NCBI GenBank assembly: GCA_040954595.2
Contig: CM082596.2
Coordinates: 8,817,124 to 8,881,123 of the forward strand
Length of the DNA: 64,000 nt
Direction of reading: 5' to 3'
Source: Balanoglossus misakiensis
Lineage: Eukaryota; Animalia; Hemichordata
Positions 42,777 to 54,390 of the stretch are shown here, one piece after another (positions within the stretch are counted from its first letter, which is position 1; each line of letters starts with the position of its first letter). Position numbers and translations under genes: made by a program. Below the pieces are notes generated by a model, which was not told where the DNA came from, ran no database searches, and saw only the letters and a program-made list of their open reading frames with translations.

Positions 42777-43092
42777 ATTATATTATACCAGTATATTGAT
42801 GGTGTAAATCACGCTATTTGATTGGTCGAGACACGACACGTGACCGTGATATATTAGCCATATACCACAGTCATATATCATAGTCAAAGAAAATGCCTTT
42901 TTAAAATGTTTTATGCAAAGTTTCAATATACTGGCATAATATAATAGCAATAAAACACCCCCAGCCATGGTATACCACTCGATTTTGACCAGTTCAACTC
43001 CATATACGCACTCGCTATCGCTCGTGCGTATATGTCGTGAACTGGTCAAAATCTCGTGGTATACCATGGCTGGGGGTGTTTTATTGCTTAAA
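42777..43092 (-). mobile_element. Double-hairpin element, subfamily alpha, copy 2
   Basis: Reverse complement of 1962-2277; same 316-bp length, about two substitutions seen by eye. Confidence 0.85.
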
Positions 43093-44502
43093 CATCCTGA
43101 CTTTTGTTGTAGATATTATTCAAAGAGCAGTTGCATGAGATGAAATCAATGACAGATCAGCACACAGCTACTATATAATGCATGTATAAAACTACATTAT
43201 AAGATATTTGTAATATATCATAAGAAACTTGAATAATTTAAACCACTTTATTTGAACAAACTGCAGGTGTCCCCAACATACATAATGATTGAAATGCAAT
43301 AATAACTCAATAATGCGTTTCCAAATATACTCAAAACAATATCAGATATATGTGTACATGTGCATCGTGTAGCAAACAAGTAATGTGGCTGCAGTAAAAA
43401 TCACCACAATTTGGTTTAAATTGCCACTTACAATAGTTGATTGAACTTATATTGGATACCACATGATCAAAGCTCTTAGAACTGTAGAGATATAGATGAA
43501 TATTGTGATATCCCAAACCAACGAAGTACTGGGCTATCCGAGCACTTTTACATGTCACAAAACAAAGGAGCATTGGAAGTCCACTTAGTGACCTATGATG
43601 GCGCTATTTCTCTCAAAAGTAATCACTTTGCTCGGATCATGCAATATACATGTATGTACAAGTATTCTCGGCTACAGATTATAGTATTGTTTTAAGGTTG
43701 AGATGTACCTTTTATGACACTTGTTTTTAATCGATTTTTTCTCCTTGTATTTCATGTTTCCCACCAACACATTATATATTTTCTGTTAGCTCTATACTTG
43801 AAGTTTATGAAAATCTGGTTTGTTTTCCAAAATTTCTGTTCTCTTTCTCGTTTTGCTAAAAAATACACGATTTTAAGTTTTTTTTTACTCAAAGGCTTGG
43901 CAATAAAAAAAGACAATGCCTCCAGGTGATCTGTTACCGGCAATCGACAGCTGGGTATAGTGGTAAAAATACTGTATCACGGAATTTTGATATTCACTTT
44001 TGTTTTCGAACAATGAGCCTTTAAAGTGTCAACTGTCGATTTTTGCATAAATTATCGACTTTTGTTCACTTGTGTGGTGATTTCTTTTGTTCTATCAACT
44101 TTATTGGAAATCCGCTCGTGGGGTTTGGAGACAGGTATTGTTCCCTTCCTCAGGCCAAAAATCAGAACAATCTGTGCACGCGTTGCTAAGTTACACTCTT
44201 TTGAAGTTGCACTCCAGAGCCCAAAACCAAACAGTGAAAATCGACAATTTGTATGAACGGCACTTTCAGTTGGAAAAAAAACGATCATAAATAGCACTTA
44301 CTCACTGCTTTGTTATGTTTTAACAAAGTAGCATAATACTAGAGACTTTAGACCAAGTCATTTTCATCTAGAACATTTTGCAAGTTCATAAATTAGTGGA
44401 AAATCGTGGAAAAACATGTAATAAGTAATTGTACATTTGCGGGTGTTTCATTGCCCTATGTCCAGTCAATAAGTCTGTGCCATGGAGCATGATGATCGAG
44501 CC

Positions 44503-45069
44503 CATTCTCCACGCAGAGACTAACCTTGCTAGGGAGTCCGACCAATAGCCGCTATTTAGTCTCTGCCACAGGCGACATTTTACACCCACTTTTTGGGTGT
44601 TGCGCGTTTTCTATAATATACATTTCCTGTCTTTTTTAAGTTTAATATTTTGTACCAAAAAAAATAAGAGAACTAAAAAATGAACCAGTTTCAAAGTCGA
44701 TCCTCGAATCCGTGATATATACGTGAACACTTGCAAAACATAGATCCTGCCCTAGGTTACATAAATGTGAATTGACGATTTTAAGATGGCTGCCCCCGTT
44801 GCTATAGGTTTTTCAGACGTAATCGCGTAAGTTATTGCAGCTTATGACTCTAAATTGACATGTTTGGAAAGTGCTATCGTTCACCCTCGACGACCCCTCA
44901 AACCCGGAACTGTCCGCCATATTTATTGAACCAACTGGGCTCGCGCAGGACTGAAAGAAGGTCCGGTTTGGAATATTTAAATTTGCTTGTGGCAGAGACT
45001 ATAGTGGCTATTGGTCGGACCCCCTAGCTAGGCTAGAATTATCCACTCCAAGTCTCTGCGTGGAGAATG
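44503..45069. mobile_element. 567-bp MITE with 9-bp TSD
   Basis: TIR CATTCTCCACGCAGAGACT / AGTCTCTGCGTGGAGAATG plus an inner IR; GATCGAGCC at 44494-44502 and 45070-45078. Confidence 0.85.
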
Positions 45070-46380
45070 GATCGAGCCCTGATGGAAGCCATAGTTGACC
45101 ATCATGCTGGAAGTCACTAGACAAAGCACGCCTGTCAAACTTCCTGTTAACTAGTCTAACTTTTGAAAAGTCAGATTTGCATATCTGGGCTCCTGTGAAT
45201 TGGTTAGCAAACTCCAACACTAATCTGGTAACAGTTAATCCGGAATGTTTATAACTGTACACACAATTCTTAAAATATGTTACTTTTGATAAATTTACAC
45301 ATGTTTACGAATGTGACCCAGTAAAACTGTTTGAATAAAAAAATAATGCAAATTCTAATGGTTTGAAATATTGAAAAAAGTAAAAATCACCAAAAAAATG
45401 CAAAAAACCTACATCTCTACCGCCAGTAGAATGGCCGATTCTACCAAAGTTTCATTCGAGCAGCCAATGCATCTAATGATGAAGACAGGCAAATCGCAGG
45501 CAAAAAGGTTACAAGATTACATAAAAGATGCTGTATATTTCGGGGATATATTTTCCATAAACCTTGGAAATGTTTCTTTTCCTAGCTAAATTATTTGTGA
45601 AAAAAGTATTACCAATGCAAATCCTACATGGTTTGTAAAAAAATGTATACCAATTCAAACTTTTCCTGGAATCTGCTAGTGTAAATTAAGATTAAATGTA
45701 TTTTAAATGGAAACTTCAGGATAATATTGGATCGCGCTATATTTATATGGCGATCATGATACACGTATTCTAGTTTCATAATTTATAGTATGATAAGATC
45801 AGTATAATAACGAAATTGTCACCGTAATTATGTCAAAGTAAAATAATCTGGCATGTGTACACTATCGAAAATCGCCAGCGTTTCACATGGTGTCTTCATG
45901 CAGTACAGTATATAGTCATCATGAGGCGCCTTTTCTGATTGGTTTTGTTGAATTTTCGCCAAAACTCTAGGATACCATTCTCGTTTCATCTACGACAGTC
46001 ATACAAGTATGTATTATGTGAGTTTCCGGTGACAATTGACACTCAGTAGCTGGTCAGAGAGCGTCCCGGCGAGGCGTCAAAATTTGCTAAAAAGGAAAAA
46101 TGGATATAAAATAGAACATATTTGCATGCCACAGTCAAACTGTATTTTATATTTTAATTACTTGTCTGCTTCGCTCTGTTAAAACATAATGTGTATTAAA
46201 ATTCTTCCCTGTTTAATTTACTTCAAATTTTAATGACGTTTGATTGACGTTATTTTGACAGGGTGTATTATTTAAAATTCATTAAACGCTGTTCCTTCTA
46301 TATATATATCTACTCTGTATCATCCTATTTTTTGATGTTTCGCATTTGCACTGCATTGTGTTGGTCTTACCTGGTCTTTA

Positions 46381-49300
46381 TCAGTTTCCTCCCCAACACT
46401 CTGAACATTGTGGTGCCTCATCCCTGCCAGCAGTCGAGGAATGCACCAAGGGATGGTAGAACACATGGCCATCGTTACACTTGAACCAATCACCACCGAC
46501 CCAGCTGCGGTATTTATCAACTGAAACCTCTTCCACCCTTGAAGGTATGGTCATCGATGAGAGGGCCCGGTGATTTTCCCGCTGGAGCCGTCTCAGTAAT
46601 ATATCAACGTTCATGGATGATGGAACCGGAATCTGTTGTTCAGCGAGACGATACAGGGCGTACCAATATGTCCCCTTTATCTCAACCACTTCCGGTAGTA
46701 TACGGCATTCATCTGTACTCGTCATGATTTGATCGACTTCTTGAAGAGCTTTCTGGACATCATCTTCAAAGGATTCAGGTATTGACTTCATTAAGTAGGA
46801 ATCATTCGCTTTGTGGCTGTCAATGGCGGAGAGTGTGTTCTGCAGCATACATTTCACCGTGGCCACTCTCCTGTAACACATGATACAATTTTCAATGTGG
46901 GCTATTTCTACGAGGCTGCTGGCATCTTCTAGTTTGGTCAGAAAGTCACCTTGATGGTCCCGTGCAATAATGGTGTTTATCATGTACTTAACTCCACCCT
47001 TTGCGCCACTGGTGAATATATCGTCACTTCCATGTTGTAACATCTGCATGGTGGTCCCAATGTCTTGGTAACTCTGTTTGATCAACGTCTTGTACCGTGT
47101 ACACATCAGTATGCTCTTGTTGCATTTGGGGCAGCTTTTCATCCCTATTGGAGAAACAGTTCCCTGGGCCAACGTGGCAGCCATCATGCGATCAAGATCC
47201 CGAACCTGGAAGAGATGGCCGCAGTAGAGCTGAACAAACCGACTTGTCTTGTTGTAGTTTCTCCCAAAGAATGCCGCGGCTGCTCCTACTTTGTCCTCGT
47301 TACAATGTCTGCAAACACTTGGACACCCTTCACCACAAAGACCAATGCATCTGTGATTGCGGCCACATGATAGTTGTACATTACATGGTTCGTTGCACCT
47401 TTGTCTATCACATGGTTCATGGCACCTCTTTTGGCATTGGTGGTGCCTGCAGTTCCATACACAGTTGAAGAGACATAGCCTCCCTCGAGTTCTGTGTTCA
47501 CATAGTTGGTTGTGAGTCAGAGTACAGGGACCACATGATTGGTAGCATGGTTTGAAGCAGGTGTGTCCGCATACAAGCTTCCGTCCACATCTGTAGCTGC
47601 AGATATTGTGACTTCCAACAGATTTGCACAAACCACACGTCCCCGTGCATTTGTGCCCACATGCCAGAGGGGCACTGCAGGGTATCGGACACAATGGCGC
47701 TCTTTCACAGCACTTCATTCTAATCTTGTGACCACACAGCCCAAGTTGTCGAGTCACGACCTCCATGCAAGCAGTTTGACATTCTTGGTGGCATAGATTG
47801 TTGCATGCATGGCCGCATGGGAGTGATCTCTCGCAGGGCATTTTGCACGGAACATGGGATAGCCCATTGCGGCACTCACCGCATTGGCTTTTACATGGAT
47901 GTCCACATTTCAATGTGCTTTGACATGGCACTGGACAATCCTTCGAAGTGAACCAGCATGGGCCAAGGTAATTATGATCACAAGGCCAGTCATCGTGCAC
48001 TACTTGAGCATTACACTTCTCCGAGCAAGATTCTCCACACCTCTTCTGGCAAGGGTGGCCGCAATGGAGCAGCTTTTCACACGCTTCTTGACATTGGAAG
48101 TTGGTTGTACTTTCATGACACTCCATCATTTGTTCGTGTCCACAGACTCCGACTACTTTCTTCACCAATTTCTTGCACTTGGTGGGACAGGCTTCGTGGC
48201 ATAGGTTACTGCACTCATGGCCACAGGGTAGCTGTTTTGGGCAAGGTTCGAGGCAGTTAAATGTACCTGGATCTTTGTAGCATGGCACCATTTGTACATG
48301 CCCACATGTTGGAACAACCTTATCAATTTTGGTTTTGCATTGCTCACATAGCTTGTAGCAAGGCAAAGGACAATTATGTCCTCTTTCACACTTTGTCTCA
48401 CAGGATTTCTTGCATGTGTAATCTTCATGATCTAAATCGCACGGGTGGCAATGCTGTTGACATGTATGACCACATTCAAGTCGGTACTCACAGAGAGCTT
48501 TACAACCACCATTTGGAACTGCCTGGAAGTCGTTACTGCTGGAACAGTTGACAACAACATCAGGATGGTTTCTGCAGAACAGCTTAAGGGAACTACCAAT
48601 ATTTCCACCTTTTTGCAGGTCTGCTGTTATCTTGCTCCACAACTTGTTCTTCTGTGCCAGAAGTTTGAAGTTTCCAATACAGAAGAAACCAATTCGTGCT
48701 CTGCTCAGTGCCACACACACACGGTTAGAAATATTTAAAAAGCCTATGCTGCCCTCTTGGTTACTCCTCACGAGTGACAACAATATGATGTCATTTTCCT
48801 CTCCCTGGAAGTTGTCAACTGGACATACACGAACCCCTTTGAATACATCTTTGGGCATTTGACGGTGAAGTTCGATTAACTGTGCTGTATACATGGTTAG
48901 AATAGTGATCTGTGATGCGTTGTACCCTTGTTGGAGAAGGTATTTGCAAAGAGCAACTAGAAACGTTGCCTCATGCATATTTGAACGACTTCTTATGTCT
49001 TCCATAAGCTCCTCCTCTTCTTCATGGTTGATAAAGAACATATTCTTTGCAACACCTCTGACATCTTTATAGGTTTTCACGGTGTCGTGGTTTTGCAAAC
49101 TTTCATAGATGTGTTTCATCGGAGCTGCTATCTCAGGCCTCATACGATGCTGCAGGGCAAGCTTCTCAAAGTGCAAGCCATTGTTGATCATTCTCTCAAA
49201 AAGGGAGATGTCCAAATTAAATGACTTGGCAAGATCATAGACTGTTGGGTTAGGACGCAACTGTTGGTGGTCTCCTATCAGAATCAAGTGCTGACATTCT

Positions 49301-52068
49301 GGTGTGATAGTTGTGACAATATGAGATTCGAGAACCTCTGCAGCTTCTTCCATGATCACGATTTTCGGATTTATTTGTCTCAGCAAAGACCGATACTTTG
49401 CGGCACCAGTAGTCGTCATTCCAATGACCTTGGCCTGTCCTAGTATCTTCAAGTCTTCTTCTTCATACGTTTCCTTAAGTTGTAAAGCTAGCCTTTCGTA
49501 CACGCTGATGTTATTTCGCATTCGTATTTCTTTCATTGGCTTGACTTGGTTAATCCAGTATTGGCATAGCTGCCAACGTTCATGTAGGTTCAGGGACCAG
49601 ACATCAGTTACTTGCATAGCCTCGTCTTCAGCCATCGACTCTGTGTTTTTCATTAGCTGATCGAAACGATGCTTTATTTTCTTTCTTCTCTTCTTAGTGT
49701 TTCTCTTGTCTTCCTGAAACCCATCATCCATGTAGGCCCCAGCTTCACTTTGCAAAGTCTCCAACATGCTTGTTAAAGTCACCGCTTGCGTCTCTGTGGT
49801 CATCCTTGGATCTGCCTGAACACCATCTGATCCGCCACCCGTTTCTTCCCCAGCGCCACCTCCGACATCTATTGTTCGGAGATCATTTATGAAGTCACCC
49901 TGCCCTTCAACATCGACCGTTTGGACATCTTCCTGTTGTTTCACATCAGTAGTGCTTTGCTCAGTCATCTCATGCTTGGCCGGGTTTTTGATAGACTTTG
50001 ATTGAACCAATTCCAGAAACGTCTTGAAACCTTGCTCATCCATCTGTGTCATTTTCTTGATCAACCAAAACTTGACAACTCCCACACTCATACCCTTTTC
50101 AATGAGGCTGTTCTTGTGAAATTCGGGCATAGCTGCAAGTAATTCTTCTTCATCAAATGTCTGCTGCATCAGATCATCGCCACCAGTATCACCACTGATA
50201 TCATCTTCTGTACATTTCAATTCACTGTAAATATTGCGACCCGTACCTCTTGGTCTGAGGTTTGCAATTTGGAACCTTTCCAGCATTTGACTTTTACTTC
50301 TACTCCCAACTCGAACGATCCCCTCTTCTAGAAAACGACCAATTCCTTCCAGAAACTGATCAAGGGCGTGATTGGTGTAACAAACAACTAAAATGGGTGA
50401 ATTTTTCTCATTTTCCCAGCTTTCATTATCTTCATTGTGTTGCCAGACAGCAGCATTTTCCAGGAGAATTTCAACTATCTTCAAACCTATGTGCGTCTTT
50501 CCAGTACCGGGTGGCCCTTGAATGACTGCAAATTCCTTTGTTATAGCCATTTGCAAAGCTTTCAACTGTGATTCATCCAGATTCAAAGTCGCAGCTGCCG
50601 GCCATGCGCCATCCTCTAGAATGGGAATACTGCCCGTGGAAACTGATGATGATGTGTCCTGGCCAAAATCGAATTGATTCTTTCTTAGAAGGCAACTGAT
50701 ATCGTAGCAGGGTCTTTCAATCGTCTTCAGATACTCTGGTGGTCTCAAGTCCTTCTCACAGTGAACGATATACCGTTCAAATGGCAGGGACTCGTCATTT
50801 AGCTCCTGTAGGCCTTCCAATACATACCGATAGGCTTCAAAGAAAGCTGCAGATTCAATCATGCTAAAGGCATCAGTGCCAGATTCATCCAGAGCCTCGT
50901 CAATGTTCTGGAACTTCAGTGTTGTCGTTCCATTCTCAAGGTCATCTATGTCTCTCTTGGCCACAGTGGCAAACATCAATGTCTTGAAATTGTTCTTCGA
51001 CAAACAGACCAGGGAGCCATACAAAAGGCGTTTACTGGTTGCCCATCTGACATGTTTCAGGTTTGCGTTGTTAAAGGATATCATATGACAGATGCCCTCT
51101 GCTCTGTGGCAAACTGGCTTCACAATATGAACATCTTCGTAGGTCCGAACATCTGTGACCTTCTTTTGTTGATCTTGTGGCAACTTCAGGTTGTCCAGGT
51201 ATTTTGCAATACCCTCGCGCATCGGGCAAATGAAATCTTCTCGAAGAAGTCGAAATTGAACATCCAAGTAGTGATCTGCGTCCCTGAATGCGCCCTTGGG
51301 AATATTGGGACGTAAGTAGGGTTCAATGTTGGTCATTATATCAGCAAAGCTGGGAAATACAGCAAGGTATCTGAAGTTGTTCGGGGGCTCGTTTCTTTCA
51401 TCAGACACTTCCTCGTCGGCTCCCTTCACGTTTCTTGCCCTGTGTCTTTGCCCAATGCGGATATTTTCCATCTCCGAACTGATGTCTTCCTTGAGGTCCT
51501 CCATATCTGTCACTATCTCTTCATCCAGATCAACCCCATTTTGTTTTGCGGCGTCAACAATTGTGCTGATGAGACTGACCAAGGGAGACATCTGAAGAAA
51601 CTTGCTGGGCATGCGCAACATGGTCGACTTAATCAAAGTGAGAGTACATCGGATTATGGCCTCGGACCGGCTGCTGAATGTACCACGTGTCAGCTCCACC
51701 AGTAGGTTGGAGAGGCTTGGCATGATGTGACTGGTGAAGAAATTGCACTCGTTCAAAGTGACAATTAAGTGAATGACGCTTTGTGGCACGAGGTCACACA
51801 TGATAGCCCTAGCCAGGACTCTCAGAAGTAGTGCGAAATATTCCTTTGTCATGTGCATTTCTTGTAGTTGCCTTCGAAACTCCTTCGTTTCCCGACACAG
51901 ATACATTACAATTTCTTTCGGTTCCTTCTCATACAATGTGTCTAAACTTGGATAGCTCAGAGGCCGATTTAGTCGTGCTGATTTCGAATCATTCGACGTC
52001 TCATGATCAAGCGCCGCGGCACCACTTCCTCGCTTCCTTCTGAAGTTGGATTTTCGTTTGGCATCCAT
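46381..52068 (-). CDS. ZNFX1: ZNFX1-family UPF1-like SF1 RNA helicase with NFX1-type zinc fingers and a divergent RZ finger, 1895 aa, single coding exon
   Basis: YLDVQFRLLREDF, LLYGSLVCLS, Walker A QGPPGTGKT, CYTNHALDQFLE, Walker B MEEAAE, LIGDHQQLRP, SLFERM, QHRMRPEI, VDNFQGEENDIILLSLVRSN, NRVCVALSRAR; many CGH-x-C repeats; terminal WFKC-x3-H...C-x2-C. May be one paralog of an expanded family. Confidence 0.95.
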   Translation of the reverse strand: MDAKRKSNFRRKRGSGAAALDHETSNDSKSARLNRPLSYPSLDTLYEKEPKEIVMYLCRETKEFRRQLQEMHMTKEYFALLLRVLARAIMCDLVPQSVIHLIVTLNECNFFTSHIMPSLSNLLVELTRGTFSSRSEAIIRCTLTLIKSTMLRMPSKFLQMSPLVSLISTIVDAAKQNGVDLDEEIVTDMEDLKEDISSEMENIRIGQRHRARNVKGADEEVSDERNEPPNNFRYLAVFPSFADIMTNIEPYLRPNIPKGAFRDADHYLDVQFRLLREDFICPMREGIAKYLDNLKLPQDQQKKVTDVRTYEDVHIVKPVCHRAEGICHMISFNNANLKHVRWATSKRLLYGSLVCLSKNNFKTLMFATVAKRDIDDLENGTTTLKFQNIDEALDESGTDAFSMIESAAFFEAYRYVLEGLQELNDESLPFERYIVHCEKDLRPPEYLKTIERPCYDISCLLRKNQFDFGQDTSSSVSTGSIPILEDGAWPAAATLNLDESQLKALQMAITKEFAVIQGPPGTGKTHIGLKIVEILLENAAVWQHNEDNESWENEKNSPILVVCYTNHALDQFLEGIGRFLEEGIVRVGSRSKSQMLERFQIANLRPRGTGRNIYSELKCTEDDISGDTGGDDLMQQTFDEEELLAAMPEFHKNSLIEKGMSVGVVKFWLIKKMTQMDEQGFKTFLELVQSKSIKNPAKHEMTEQSTTDVKQQEDVQTVDVEGQGDFINDLRTIDVGGGAGEETGGGSDGVQADPRMTTETQAVTLTSMLETLQSEAGAYMDDGFQEDKRNTKKRRKKIKHRFDQLMKNTESMAEDEAMQVTDVWSLNLHERWQLCQYWINQVKPMKEIRMRNNISVYERLALQLKETYEEEDLKILGQAKVIGMTTTGAAKYRSLLRQINPKIVIMEEAAEVLESHIVTTITPECQHLILIGDHQQLRPNPTVYDLAKSFNLDISLFERMINNGLHFEKLALQHRMRPEIAAPMKHIYESLQNHDTVKTYKDVRGVAKNMFFINHEEEEELMEDIRSRSNMHEATFLVALCKYLLQQGYNASQITILTMYTAQLIELHRQMPKDVFKGVRVCPVDNFQGEENDIILLSLVRSNQEGSIGFLNISNRVCVALSRARIGFFCIGNFKLLAQKNKLWSKITADLQKGGNIGSSLKLFCRNHPDVVVNCSSSNDFQAVPNGGCKALCEYRLECGHTCQQHCHPCDLDHEDYTCKKSCETKCERGHNCPLPCYKLCEQCKTKIDKVVPTCGHVQMVPCYKDPGTFNCLEPCPKQLPCGHECSNLCHEACPTKCKKLVKKVVGVCGHEQMMECHESTTNFQCQEACEKLLHCGHPCQKRCGESCSEKCNAQVVHDDWPCDHNYLGPCWFTSKDCPVPCQSTLKCGHPCKSQCGECRNGLSHVPCKMPCERSLPCGHACNNLCHQECQTACMEVVTRQLGLCGHKIRMKCCERAPLCPIPCSAPLACGHKCTGTCGLCKSVGSHNICSYRCGRKLVCGHTCFKPCYQSCGPCTLTHNQLCEHRTRGRLCLFNCVWNCRHHQCQKRCHEPCDRQRCNEPCNVQLSCGRNHRCIGLCGEGCPSVCRHCNEDKVGAAAAFFGRNYNKTSRFVQLYCGHLFQVRDLDRMMAATLAQGTVSPIGMKSCPKCNKSILMCTRYKTLIKQSYQDIGTTMQMLQHGSDDIFTSGAKGGVKYMINTIIARDHQGDFLTKLEDASSLVEIAHIENCIMCYRRVATVKCMLQNTLSAIDSHKANDSYLMKSIPESFEDDVQKALQEVDQIMTSTDECRILPEVVEIKGTYWYALYRLAEQQIPVPSSMNVDILLRRLQRENHRALSSMTIPSRVEEVSVDKYRSWVGGDWFKCNDGHVFYHPLVHSSTAGRDEAPQCSECWGGN

Positions 52069-52404
52069 TGTTTGCTCTTGACTTGAAATTGTGACCCTTG
52101 TAGCAATTCGAAGGTTAAACCGCCTTCCCTTCTTGTACCAAGGAGACCAATTGTCCGCTTAATACACAAGATGTTCTACGAGTCAAAACAAACATTAACC
52201 AATTAAAAAGAACAAATTGTATGTGACCGATGAAAGCTTCTCAACCATGCAACATATGAAACATAAGCTTGCATAATTTTACCGTTTACTAACCCGGTGT
52301 GAATTAGTTGGTTTAAATGGGAGTTAGGGCAGGGTCTTCTTTCGGTAGTTTTGACCCCCAATAAGGCCTATCTACGGAGAAGATCTCTTATTCAAATTTA
52401 TTAA

Positions 52405-53161
52405 CCCTCAAAGCGCCGCGTCGGTGTATAGACCGACAGGTACTTCCGCATTGTCTGGCCATGTCGGTGTATACACCGACAAAGTACAGTTGTCAATCAC
52501 ATGAAAATAGGCGAGGCTTATCTGTAGTTCGTGCCATATATGGTAAAAATAATGATGACGTACTCGGGTCGTAGATGAATGAAACTCATTATAAATTAAT
52601 TTATTCTGGGCGGGAAATGATGTCAGTCGCGTCGAACGTTCCAGAGAAAAACGATCGTGTTATCGACATGACCTAATTACGTGACCTTTGACAGTATGCG
52701 TCCTTCCTTCACTTTGTAAACCCGGAAGACAGCAAATTTTTCACTGGACATTTTCATAACAGCGACTTCAACAATGATTACGATTTTTGGGGGTTTCATT
52801 GACTACAATTTTATACCGATCAAGGCCATTAGTAATCCCGACCGTGACAACGACTTTGGAGCCGATGTCGGGAGCGGGTGGTCGCGCGCGCGATCGCAGG
52901 ACCAAGCCAACTGCATTGAGCTGTGAACGCGATGTACGCGCACGGTCGCGGTCAGTCGAACGCGCGCGACCGTGTTTTCGACAGTGTGTCTACTACTTAT
53001 ATTTATACCTTTGTATCTTAAAATGTCATTCCTTTGACTTTTGTTTGAAATTCTGTGAAGTTAGAGCAAAATATTTTGGGACATCGAGATTTTGTTGTTA
53101 CTTGCAAAAAGTCCTGGGCCTGGGGGGTCGTGTACCTTAGAATTTTAAAGCACTTTAAGGG
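52405..53161. mobile_element. piggyBac-type non-autonomous element, 757 bp
   Basis: TTAA|CCCTCAAAGCGC ... GCACTTTAAGGG|TTAA. Confidence 0.85.
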
Positions 53162-53869
53162 TTAATGGAAGGCACGTTTTTTTCAACATAAGCGCCGTTT
53201 CCCATTAATTTTGTATTTTCTGTCGTTCTTAACATGAATCCGCTGTTTGAACAAGGCAAGCAGTAGTTCACTTTCATGAAATTCATTTACGGGGGCTCTA
53301 AATCTTTTGTTGAGCCTTGTTCTTCCAAGTAATGTCATGGGCCGTGTATATGCGATACGTAGAATCGGTCAGCCTATCTTTCTGAATAAACGTCAAATTC
53401 TTCGAACTAAAAACGAAAGTATTTCGCTCACGGGAATATTTTAACTTTTCCAAAACACTGATAACTCTCTATATTATATTACTGGCATTGTAAAACAAAC
53501 ACGTCACCCTTTCTCATGAGTTCATTGTCAACTAGCGTTCATACAAAGTACGTCCTGCATATTAGGACCAGCACAATACAAAGAATTATACATTCATTCA
53601 CGTCAACTCTGTCTGCCCAGGGTCGTTAAACTCTTCATAATGACAGCCCAGTTGCTGATAGCAACAAATGTCTAAACTTTGTACGTCACCATTTGAGACG
53701 TAAAACATGGTGATTGTCGAATGTTTGACCATTTTCCTTTTACATATTAACTTGGAGGTACTTTTCAATGTGAAAATTGGGTAAATAGAAAACAAGAGAT
53801 ATTGTCGGCATTCGCTTTCATTTTATAATTCTCGGTAACATGAGAATTCTCACAGCAGGTTAATTATCC

Positions 53870-54390
53870 TGAAGCATCGCTCAGTATTTTCGCTTTTACT
53901 TCGAAGAATTTGCTCCCATTGTGCCAAACAAAATGAGAGTCATAAATGGTTTGTTTGTCGTTTTATTCAGAAACAATAGAGATTGGAAAGAAACAACTTT
54001 TACAGCGTGGCCCCGGTAAAACTTGGTCTTAGTAAAGTATGTCTTGGATGATCATGTGAGAAAAGGCATGGTCACGATCTCGCCACAATAGTCGTTTTAA
54101 GCGAAATCGAACACGGATAAGCGCCGCATTTTCACTTTTACTTCGAAGAATTTGCGCCCATTGTCCCTAAGCAGCCAAAATACTATTTGACCGATACACG
54201 GCTGTATGCTTTCTTTGTCGTTTTATCCAGACACACATGAGAATAGAGTATTAATTTTTGAGTGACCGGGTCTTAGTGGAGTATGGATAAAATCATGACG
54301 AAAATGCACGATCACAACACCATTGTCGTCTTAAAGCGAAATCAAATACAGAGAAGCGCCTGAACTTTCACATTTGCTTCGGAGAATTAT
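53870..54390. repeat. Degenerate ~240-bp tandem repeat upstream of the ZNFX1 ORF, with IRF-like motifs
   Basis: TTTTC(G/A)CTTTTACTTCGAAGAATTTGC at 53887 and 54129 and a variant at ~54365; shared internal blocks GGTCTTAGT..AGTATG and AAGCGAAATC. Confidence 0.75.

Noticed and set aside
43696-45425. Possible Kolobok-like element enclosing the 44503 MITE
   Set aside because: Left end follows TTAA, but the right TIR is weak and lacks a TSD.
46539-52043. Many short plus-strand ORFs
   Set aside because: Antisense shadows of the ZNFX1 CDS.
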